NCBI RefSeq assembly: GCF_963921235.1
Contig: NC_086101.1
Location: forward strand, 186,001 to 250,000
Reading direction: 5' to 3'
DNA from: Mobula hypostoma
Lineage: Eukaryota
DNA length: 64,000 bases
Positions 13,601 through 23,625 of this stretch are shown piece after piece (position 1 is the stretch's first letter; every line of letters begins with the position of its first letter). A model generated the notes under the pieces. The model was not told where the DNA came from. It did no database searches and saw only the letters and a list, made by a program, of their open reading frames with translations. Made by a program: the position numbers and the translations under genes.

Positions 13601-14252
13601 GCAGTTTCCTGGAGCAAATAGCTTTCACAACATTGCATCCAGATATAATCGTATGGTCTGACAGCAGTAGAGAAGCGGTTATTGGTAAACTCACAGTCCC
13701 CTGGGAAGACAACATCGATGAAGCCCATGAGCGCGTTAACCAGATATGCAGAGTTAAGATCAGTGTGCAGAGACAGAGGGTGGAAGGTCTCATGCTATCC
13801 ATTCGAAGTAGGCTGCCGTGGGTTTATTGCGTTCACTCTCCAGAAGTGGCTGCGTGACCTTGGCTTCACTAGAAGGGAGATCAAGTCAACCAGCAGGGCT
13901 GTAGCTGAGGCAGCAGAGAAAGAATCAGCATGGGTGTGGACCAAGTATGTCCAGAGGGGCAGATAGTCAGACAGTGTATAGATATCTTGCAAACCCTTCA
14001 GTAGTTGCATAGACACCTGAAGAGCAGACTATCTGTTGGTTGGAAGTGACCAACAACTCTGATAGAGGCAGATGCCAAGTTTTTAAGCTCACCAGTGGGA
14101 GGTGGTGCTTTAGCACTGCTGGCCCACCACCTCGAGGGAGTCTTGATCATTAGCGGGCTGAAACTCCTGAAGACAGGTGGCAGATCAACTGATGATCCCA
14201 CTGGTGATAGCACAGGACAGTTAACATCTTAGTCCATGTGTATTTTGTAACT
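13601..14252 (+). repeat. Upstream direct repeat (copy of 17444-18095)
   Basis: Ungapped match at offset 3843 with about 16 substitutions counted by eye. Confidence 0.95.
14089..14207 (+). ncRNA. Candidate pseudoknotted hammerhead-like ribozyme with kink-turn, copy 1
   Basis: GGAGT(14137-41)/ACTCC(14163-67); C14142; TTGATC(14143-48)/GATCAA(14183-88); CTGATGA 14189-95; GGCCC(14121-25)/GGGCT(14155-59); GAA 14160-62; 12-bp closing stem. Confidence 0.6.
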
Positions 14253-14540
14253 CTTTTGTTCTGGACACCAGTGACTACCAGGAATAGTCTGGTTGGCAAC
14301 TGGGAATAGTCCGGTGACAGCGGACAGCCAGGAAAGACTGGCACCGAGGGTGTCAGGATTGGCAGTCCGGGCACCAGCTCAGAAGAGCACCCACCTCTTG
14401 AAGCTTCTAGTTTACATGGAGAAACATACCCTCGGGGTCCTCCGAGAGGGAGGGAGAATGATGGACACAATTGGACGGATACAGTTAATTACAGGGAATG
14501 ACTACGACCAAGAGCTAGGTTAAGAGGCTCTGAGTGTCCA

Positions 14541-17500
14541 GTGTGTTGGTGTGGGAGACCGTTTTCCAGCATTAAAGGTTTACGAGTCCATCAAGCAAAG
14601 TTGAAGTGCTATTCCGTCCCAGTGGATGAAGATGAGATTTCTTCACCAAGCACAGATGATGTGGTCTTTTCAACCACTGATTCACAAGCCACAGCGATTC
14701 GCTCTGGAGAGCGTCAGCATACTCCAGGTCAGACGAGAGGTAACCCAGGTCAGGTTTCAGACCACAGTACCCAAGTAGATTCTTCGCATGATGGCGGTGG
14801 TGAGGAGGTAGAGAAGAAGAGGAAGGTTAAGTGGCCAGCAATGGCAGATGAGAAGGCTTGGCGTGTATTTGATGAGGATATCAGTATGATGTTGGAGAAT
14901 GCTCTCAGGAGAACATCAAAGAGAAAGTTGGAAGTGATGGGCGATATGATTTACGATGTTGGAAAGTACAGGTTTGGTTTGGTTGAGTTGAAGAAATCAA
15001 AGCCTACACAGCAACCAAGCAGGCGCCAGAGGGAGATTAGTAGGTTATGGAGAGAGCTTAGATCGTTGAGACAGAGGTGGCAGGTAGCAAGTGAGGGTGA
15101 CAAGCCAGGGCTTGCTGATCTCAGAGCATTTTCGAATAAAGTTAGCATCACTCCGTCCTGCAGAGTCACAACGTAAAAAGAGAAAGAAGAGAGAGAAGGC
15201 AAGAAAATCGTTCTTTGAGAACCCTCACGAGTTCACAAAGAAACTGTTTGAACAAAGTAAGAGCGGGCAGCTTAACATCTCTCAACAAGAACTTGAGGAT
15301 CACCTAGCAAGCACTTACTCTAACGAACAGCAGGAGGCTCCTTTGCTTGACATTTCAGGGCTTGTGAAGCCTACCAGGCCAGGAGTGAAGTTCGGTCTGT
15401 CAGAACCCAAACTGGCAGAAGTCGAAAGGTTCATCAGAAAGACAAGGTCAGGCTCAGTGCCAGGACCTAATGGAGTGCCGTATAAGGTGTTCAAGAAGTG
15501 TGAACAGCTGAGGAAATACTTGTGGACATTGTTAAAGGTGGTGTGGAGACAAGGTGTTGTTCCTTTGTCATGGAGTGAGGCTGAAGGAGTATACAACCCG
15601 AAGGAAGAGAATTCTTCTACTTTGAATCAGTTCCGACCAATTTCACTCCTGAATGTAGAGGGGAAGATTATGTTTGGCATTCTGGCAGAAAGAATATCTT
15701 CATTTGTGATTGAAAATGGATTAGTAAATACATCTGTGCAGAAGGCAGGAATACCAGGCTTCCCAGGCTGCCTTGAACACTCTAGTGTAATATGGCATAC
15801 CATCCAGGAGTCAATAAGGTTGAGAAGATATCTGGCTGTAGTTTGGCTTGATCTGGCAAATGCGTATGGTTCTGTTCCCCATGTCCTGATTGAGTTTGCG
15901 ATGGAATTCCTATGGATTCCTGCGAAGGTGAGGAACTTTGTTATGCAGTACTACAATGATTTCCGGATGAGGTTTTCCACTCAGCAGTTTACAACTAGGT
16001 GGCAGAGCTTGGATGTTGGAATCCCAATGGGATGTGCAATTTCACCCATCCTCTTTGTGTTAGCCATGGAGGTTATTGTGAGGACTGTAGAATCAGTGGG
16101 ACCAGGTGTCTCACTTGATGGCGGAGAGGAGTTACCACCAATACGAGCGTTCATGGATGATCTTACCCTTTTGGGTCCCAGCACGGAGGCAGTGGAAAAT
16201 GTACTATCTAGACTCGAGGAGCTAATGGATTGGGGAAAAATGAAGTTCAAGACCAAGAAGTCAAGGAGCCTTGTTCTTAGGAGAGGAAAGCTGGTTGACT
16301 TTCATTTCACCCTTTGTGGAGAGGAGATTCCATCCATTCAGGACCAGCCAGTTAAGAGCCTCGGGCGATGGTACACAGAGGAGCTGAGAGACACCAAGAG
16401 GGTTCAAGAGACAGCAGAACAGATCAGCAGAGGTCTGATGTCTGTTGACAAGTGTGGCTTGCCTGGCAAGTTGAAGTTGTGGTGCTTGCAGTATGGACTG
16501 ATGCCACGGATAATGTGGCTGCTAACTGTCTATGAAGTGGCAATGCCCCACGTTGAGGCAATGGAACGGAAGATCAACAAGTATGTGAAGAAGTGGCTTG
16601 GAGTACCGAGCAGCCTCACCAATTTTGCAATCTACAGTAGCCAGACAAAGCTTACCATCCCAGTGCAATCCCTTGTTGAGGAAGTCAAGGTAGCCAAGGT
16701 AAGATCATTCTTGATGCTTCGAGACACAAAAGACACTGTCATCAAGAACACCCAGCCGGATGTGAGATCAGGCAGGAAGTGGTCAGCCCGTGTAGCAGTT
16801 GTTGAGGCAGAGTCCAGATTGAAGCACAAAGAGATGGTTGGGGCTATCCAGCCAGGCCGCCAGGGGCTTGGATGGACAACCCACAAGTAGTGGTCATCTT
16901 CTACAGGTAAGGAGCGCCGTGAGCTTGTAACACAAGAAATACGAGTGGTAGAAGGGGAGACAGGTTAATTAAAACAGCTGGCCTGGCTAAACAAGGGGCT
17001 TGGGCCCGGTGGGAAAGTGTTGAACAACGACACCTATCTTGGAATGTTCCGTGGCAGATGGAACCGCTCCGCATTTCTATTTTATGCAGAGCAGCTTACG
17101 ATCTGCTCCCAACACCTGCCAACCTCAGCACCTGGTATGAAGATAAGACAGACAGGTGTGCTGCTTGTGGCGAGAAGGGAACACCAACATATCTTGAGTG
17201 CATGCAGAGTCAATCTTTCCAGCGGCATGTACACTTGGAGACATAACGTTCTTAAAGTTGTAACAGAAGTGGTTGAGCAGAGAGTACTGCAGCACAACTT
17301 ATCTCATGCCCCATGCTGCACAGAACATCGCATATCATTTGTGAAAGAAGGCTCCGAGTCAAGGGTGTACAGCATAGGTTCACGATCAAGCATACTTTCT
17401 TCAGCTAATGATTGGTGTGTCAAGGCTGACCTGGACGGGAAAGGCAGTTTCCCGGAGCAAATAGCTTTCACAACATTGCATCCAGATATAATCGTATGGT

Positions 17501-17809
17501 CTGACAGCAGTAGAGAAGCGATTATTGGTGAACTCACAGTCCCCTGGGAAGACAACATCGATGAAGCCCATGAGCGTGTCAACCAAATATGCAGAATTAA
17601 GATCAGAGTGCAGAGACAGAAGGTGGAAGGTCTCATGCTATCCATTCGAAGTAGGCTGCCGTGGGTTTATTGCGTTCACTCTCCAGAAGTGGCTGCGTGA
17701 CCTTGGCTTCGCTAGAAGGGAGATCAAGTCAACCAGCAGGGCTGTAGCTGAGGCAGCAGAGAAAGGATCAGCATGGGTGTGGACCAAGTATGTCCAGAGG
17801 GGCAGATAG
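14541..17809 (+). pseudogene. Disrupted single ORF of the HERO-like element
   Basis: Spread over ORFs 14541-15176, 15091-16890, 17017-17700, 17058-17246 and 17525-17809; several frameshifts and a TAG at 16888. Confidence 0.85.
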
Positions 17810-17931
17810 ACATACAGTGTATAGATATCTTGCAAACCCTTCAGTAGTTGCATAGACACCTGAAGAGCAGACTATCTGTTGGTTGGAAGTGACCAACAAC
17901 TCTGATAGAGGCAGATGCCAAGTTTTTAAGC

Positions 17932-18050
17932 TCACCAGTGGGAGGTGGTGCTTTAGCACTGCTGGCCCACCACCTCGAGGGAGTCTTGATCATAAGCGGG
18001 CCGAAACTCCTGAAGACAGGTGGCAGATCAACTGATGATCCAACTGGTGA
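17932..18050 (+). ncRNA. Candidate pseudoknotted hammerhead-like ribozyme with kink-turn, copy 2 (3'UTR)
   Basis: Same pairings at +3843; canonical G17964-C18002 pair next to GAAA; predicted cleavage after C17985. Confidence 0.65.
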
Positions 18051-18111
18051 TAGCACAGGACAGTTAACATCTTAGTCCATGTGTATTTTGTAACTGTTGA
18101 TAGATGTAATA

Positions 18112-20508
18112 TGTCATAGTCCGGTCCGTGAAGTCCGCATTCCAGTTCACGGTCCGGTCCATCCACCCTTGGTCCAGGTTTTCCTGTATACCCTGTTTCT
18201 GTTCCTGTTTAGAAACTAATTGAGGCAGCTGATTCTCGTTGGGGCTGGCTGCATAAATACCTCCAGAGACCAGGGCGAGGCTGCTGGATTGTTCTTCTCC
18301 TTGTATCCCTTCCCCTGCCTTCTGTTTCCTCGCCTGAAGCCTTGCCTTGCCTTGTCTTGCTGGTAACTCTCGCCTCCCCTGAAGTTCTTGTCTCGCCGTG
18401 CATTGCTTGAAACCTTGCCTTGTCTTGCCGGTAACTCTCGCCTTGTCTCGCCTGAAGTCCTGTCTTGGAGCCACCCTGAACCTAGCTCCCTTCCTGTCGC
18501 ATGCCTCCGTCGGGTAAGCCAGGCCAGATTGCCGTTACCCTGCTGTGGGTCCTGTCCCTTGCTGTCTCTTGCCCCGGTCGGGTGGAGATCCGCGCCCTGC
18601 ACAGGTGATCCGCTCCCTGCCCAGGGGGAGATTCAGGACCCCAAGCCTCTAGCCAAATCTCGCCTCACGTCTCTAGCCAATTCTCGCCTCACGTCTCTAG
18701 CCAAGCCTCGCCTCAAGCCCTTAGCCAAGCCTCGCCCCAAGTCTCTAGCCGAGCCTCGCGCCAAGCCAAGTTTCAAGACCCCAAGCCTCAAGCCTCTAGT
18801 CTCAAGCCTCCCCTCCAGTCTCTGGTCTCATGTCTCTGGCCTCAAGCCTCGCCTCAAGTCCCTGGTCTCAAGCCTCACCTCAAGTTTCTGGGCTCAAGCC
18901 TTGCCTCATGTCTCTGGTCTCAAGCCTCGCCTCAAGTCTCTGGTCTCAAGCCTCAGCTCAAGCCTCTGGTCTCAAGCCCCGCCTCAAGTCTGAAGACTCC
19001 AGCTTCGTCCTGCCTGCCAACGAAGTCACGTCCTTGCCTAGTTCTGGGGTCCGAGCCAGAGGCAAGACCCAGTGTCTGGGTCCTTGTCCAGTCTCTGGCT
19101 CGGAGTCCAAGCCCTGGCTCCAGCTTTCTTGTCCAGTCCTATTCCTGGTTGCCGGTTTTCGTGTCCATGTCCTAACCCTCACCCTGTATCCTAGCCCTGT
19201 CCCTAGTACTTCAGCATCTGTGTCTTGCACTTGGGTCCGTTCCCAGTCACCCCCTAATGACAGAACAATCCAGCCAACCATGGACCCAGCGACACAGACA
19301 CTGTCATTTTTCTCTTGCCACCCGGGGTTCCCTTCTGTTAAATAACCTCCCACCCGCCTGGGTCGTCCATAGTCTGGATAGCCTGCTTGGTCGCCAGGAG
19401 ACTACCGTGGTGCTGGTGGGGAGGGATACTGTCATGGTCCAGTCCATGAAGTCCGCATTCCAATTCACAGTCCGGTCCTTCGACCCTTACTCCAGATTTT
19501 CCTGTCTACCCTGTTTCTGTTCCTGTTTAGCACTAATTGAGGCAGCTGATTCTCGTTGGTGCTGGCTGCATAAATACCTCCAGAGACCAGGGCGTGGCTG
19601 CTGGATTGTTCTTGTCCTTACTCCTTGTATTCCTTCCCATGCCTTATGTTTCCTTGCCTGAAGCCTTGCCTTGTCTTGCCGGTAACTCTCGTCTGGCCTG
19701 AAGTTCTTGTCTGGCCTTGCATCGCCTGAACCCTTGCCTTGTCTTGCCGGTAACTCTCGCCTCGTCTCGCATGAAGTCTTGTCTTGGAGCCACCCTGAAC
19801 CTAGCTCCCTTCCTGTCCCTTGCCTCCTTTGAGTAAGCCAGGACAAATTGCCATTACCCTGCGGTTGGTTCTCTCCCTTCCTGTCCCTTGCCTCCGTCTG
19901 GTGCGCCAGGCCAGATTGCCGTTACCCATCGGTTGGTTCTGTCCCTTCCTGTCCCTTGCCTCCGTCGGGTAAGCCAGGCCAGATTGCCGTTACCCTGCGG
20001 TGGGTCCTGTCCCTTGCTGTCTCTTGCCTCCGTCGGGTGGAGATCCGCGCCCTGCCCAGGAGGAGCTTCAAGACCGCAAGTCTCTAGCCAAGTCTCGCCT
20101 CAAGTCTCCAGCCGAGCCTCGCCCCAAGCCAAGATTCAAGACCCCAAGCCTCAAGCCTCTAGTCTCAAGCCTCGCCTCAAGCCTCTGGTCTCAAGCCTCG
20201 CCTCAAGTCTCTGGTCTTAAGCCTCGCCTCAAGTCTGAAGACTCCAGTCTCGTCCTGCCTGCCAGCCAAGTCACGTCCTTGCCTACTTCTGGGGCCCGAG
20301 CCAGAGGCAAGACCCAGTTTATGGGTCCTTGTCCGGTCTCTGGCTCGGAGTCCAAGCCCTGGCTCCTAGCGCTCTTGTCCAGTCCTGTTCCGGGTTCCCG
20401 GTTTTCGTGTCCATGTCCTAGCCCTCACCCTGTATCCTAGTCCTGTCCCTGGTACTTCATTGTCTGTATCTTGCACTTGGGTCAGTTCCCAACCACCTCC
20501 TTATGACA
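18112..20508 (+). mobile_element. Non-autonomous LTR retrotransposon: LTRs 18112-19262 and 19430-20508, 167-bp internal region
   Basis: TG...CA termini on both LTRs; taata/ttata flanks; leader gaacaatccagc...ATGGACCCAGCG; PPT ggggagggatac before the 3' LTR. Confidence 0.9.
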
Positions 20509-21319
20509 TTATAAAGGAGAAGCTTCATTATTTCACATGTTTTGGACATGTCCAAGATACTGGAAGGAAGTATTTCAAACATCTCGCTACTTCTTTAAGG
20601 TAAATTTTAAGCATAAACCTTTGACCGCATTATTTGGTATTGTTGGAGGAAGTATCTTTATTTTGCAGACACCTGATTTGCATCTTTTGGCTTTTATCTC
20701 TCTTATAGCTAGGAGGGCGCTCTTGCTTAAATGGAAGTTTGCTGTTCCGCCTACTCATGCTCAATGGTTACGTGATGTTATATCATGTTTAAATTCAGAG
20801 AAGGTCTGTTGTTCAGTTTTTGAATCTAGTCAAGACTTTTATACATTGTGAGGACCATTTCTGAGATATTTTCAAAACCTTTGATTTGTTGCAAAAGTAC
20901 AGATGGTGGCTAATAATATAGTTTATTATACGATAAGGGCTTTTCCCCCCATTTTTCTTGCTTTTCCTAACTGCTGTGACTTTTTGGTAGTGGATTTAGA
21001 TTTCTTTTCTGCATAACAAAATTATTATATTTCAATACTAAGATTTAATTTAATTTTTATGAAAACAGGTTTTGTGGTTGTAATTGTATTTTTAATACAA
21101 TGTATTTGGCACTATTTTATTTTATTTTATTCTTTTGCCTTATAATATTTATCTTCTTGTACCCTGTATTCTTCTATGCAAAAACTAATAAAATAGTGAA
21201 AAGAGACATATAATTGATCATAAATTACTACAAATTGCATTTTCAGGCGGAGACGTAACGTAATGAATTTTACTGCTCGTGTATATGAAGGATGTAAGTA
21301 ATAAAGTCAATTCAATTCA

Positions 21320-22300
21320 GTTTCATTTTTCCTTTTTCCCCTCCCATTTATTCTTTCAGTTCCTCTCTTTAGGTATTTAAAAGCTTCCCAATTCTCTGTC
21401 TTCCTATTAATTTTTACTTTGTTGTATGCCCACTCTTTTGCATTTACATTAGCTTGTCTTCCCTTGTCAGCCACGGTTGTAGTATTTTGCCATTTGGGTA
21501 TTTATTTATTTTTGGAATGCATCTATCCTTCACCTTCCTCATTTTCCCAGAAACTGACACCATTTCTGACAATTCTGCTTTGGCTAACTCCTTTCTCAGA
21601 CCACTGTAATTTCTCTTACTCCTCTGAAATAACACAAAGTCAGACGTTACTTTCTCCTTATCAAAATTCAAGTTGAACTTAGTCATGTTGTGAGAACTTC
21701 CTCCTAAAGGTTCTTTTACCAAATTCCCTCTGGTTTAATACATAACACCCAATCCAGTAGAGCTGTTCCCCTAGTAGGCTCAACGACAAACTGCACGTAA
21801 AATACATCACATAGCATCCATCAAATTCACTCTCTTGAGATTCATAACTAACCTGATTTTCCCAATTGACCAGCATGTTGAAAACTCCCATGACTATCGT
21901 AACATTGTCTTCTTCATTGGCATTTTCTTTTTCCAGTTTTAATCTGTGGTCCGCATCCAGCTACTGTTTGGATGACTGTATATGACTGCCATCAGTGTCA
22001 TTTTTACTTTTTCAGTTCCTTAACTCAACCCACAAGGATTCAACATCTCCCAATCCTATCTCATATCTTTTTACTGATTTACCAGCAGAGCCATGTCACC
22101 CCCTCTGCCTACCTTCCTGTACCACCGATACATTGTGTAACCTTGGACATTCAGCTCCAAACTATAACCATCCTTCAGCCATGATTCAGTAATGGCCACA
22201 ACATCATACCAGACAATCTGTAATCGAGCAACAACATCATCCACCTTATTTCTCATGTTCCATGCATTGAGATATAACACTTTGTGTACTGTATCTGCTA
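21320..22300 (-). mobile_element. Degenerate CR1 endonuclease region
   Basis: LYLNAWNMRNKVDD...DVVAITESWL and EPLGGSSHNM fragments. Confidence 0.7.
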
Positions 22301-22302
22301 CC

Positions 22303-23625
22303 CATAGAAACCATAGAAAAACTACAGCACAGAAACAGGCCTTTTCGCCCTTCTAGGCTGTGCCGAACCATTTTCTGCCTAGTCCCACTGACCTGCACAC
22401 AGACCATATCCCTCCATACACCTCCCATCCATGTATCTGTCCAATTTATTCTTAAATGTTAAAAAAGAACCCGCATTTACCACCTCGTCTGGCAGCTCAT
22501 TCCAAACTCCCACCACTCTCTGTGTGAAGAAGCCCCCACTAATGTTCCCTTTAAACTTTTCCCCCCTCACCCTTAACCCATGTCCTCTGTTTTTTTTCTC
22601 CCCTTGCCTCAGTGGAAAAAGCCTGCTTACATTCACTCTATCTATACCCATCATAATTTTATATACCTCTATCAAATCTCCCCTCATTCTTCTACGCTCC
22701 AGGGGATAAAGTCCTAACCTATTCAACCTTTCTCTGTAACTGCATTTCTCAAGTCCTGGTAACATCCTTGTAAACCTTCTCTGCACTCTTTCAACCTTAT
22801 TTATATCCGTCTTGTAATTTGGTGACCAAAACTGAACACAGTGCTCCAGATTCACCCTCACCAATGCCTTATACAACCTCATCATAACATTCCAGCTCTT
22901 ATACTCAATACTTTGATTAATAAAGGCCAATGTACCAAAAGCTCTCTTTACTACCCCATCTACCTGTGACGCCACTTTTAGGGAATTTTGTATCTGTATT
23001 CCCAGATCCCTCTGTTCTACTGCACTCCTCAGTGCCTTACCATTAACCCTGTATGTTCTACATTGGTTTGTCCTTCCAACGTGCAATACCTCACACTTAT
23101 CTGTATTAAACTCCATCTGCCATTTTTCAGCCCATTTTTCCAGCTGGTCCAAGTCCTCTGAAAACCTTCCTCACTGTCTACTACACCTCCAATCTTTGTA
23201 TCATCAGCAAATTTGCTGATCCAATTTACCACATTATCATCCAGATCATTGATATAGATGACAAATAACAATGGACCCAGCGCTGATTCCTATGGCACAC
23301 CACTAGTCACAGGCCTCCACTCGGAGAAGCAATTCTCTACTACCACTCTTTGGCTTCTACCATTGAGCCAATGTCTAATCCAATTTACCAGCTCTCCATG
23401 TATACCTAGCGACTGATTTTTCCTAACTAACCTCCCATGCGGGACCTTGTCAAAGGCCTTACTGAAGTCCATGTAGACAATATCCACTGCCTTCCCTTCA
23501 TCCACTTTCCTGGTAACCTCGTCAAAAATCTCCAAGAGATTGGTCAAACATGACCTACCACGCACAAAGCCATGTTGATTCTCCCTAATAAGTCCCTGTC
23601 TATCCATTCTGTAAAAGGGCTGGAT
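22303..23625 (-). mobile_element. 5'-truncated CR1, same family as 48262-50890
   Basis: RT ORFs 22379-23152, 23029-23271, 23290-23685; (TTTCTATGG)n tail. Confidence 0.9.

Larger units (their letters stand above)
13601..18095 (+). mobile_element. HERO/NeSL-like non-LTR retrotransposon (Zn finger, RT, restriction-like endonuclease) with 652-bp direct terminal repeats
   Basis: N-terminal CWCG...H...C finger; RT motifs FRPISLLN, WLDLANAYGSV, GIPMGC, FMDD; CCHC plus RHN, PDII, ELTVPWE, KYAEL, PFEVGCRG; 13601-14252 repeats at 17444-18095. Confidence 0.9.
13525..21205 (+). mobile_element. L1-type ORF2 C-terminus and 3'UTR split by two insertions (pieces about 13525-13600, 18096-18111, 20514-21205)
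   Basis: Rejoined pieces read QLKVVHRTHMSKDKLSRFYLDIS...DRC...GEASLFHMFWTCP...IARRALLLKWK; T-rich 3'UTR with AATAAA near 21187. Confidence 0.75.

Noticed and set aside
14168..14195. Box C/D snoRNA (TGATGA present)
   Set aside because: No properly placed downstream D box or terminal stem; the hammerhead register explains the motif better
13601..14252. True retroviral-type LTR or assembly duplication
   Set aside because: No TG...CA, PBS or PPT and it contains coding sequence; about 2.5% divergence argues against a simple assembly artefact
18640..18990. Regular ctcaagcct repeats resembling a CRISPR array or repetitive protein ORFs
   Set aside because: No unique spacers; they are tandem subrepeats inside LTRs and the host is a vertebrate
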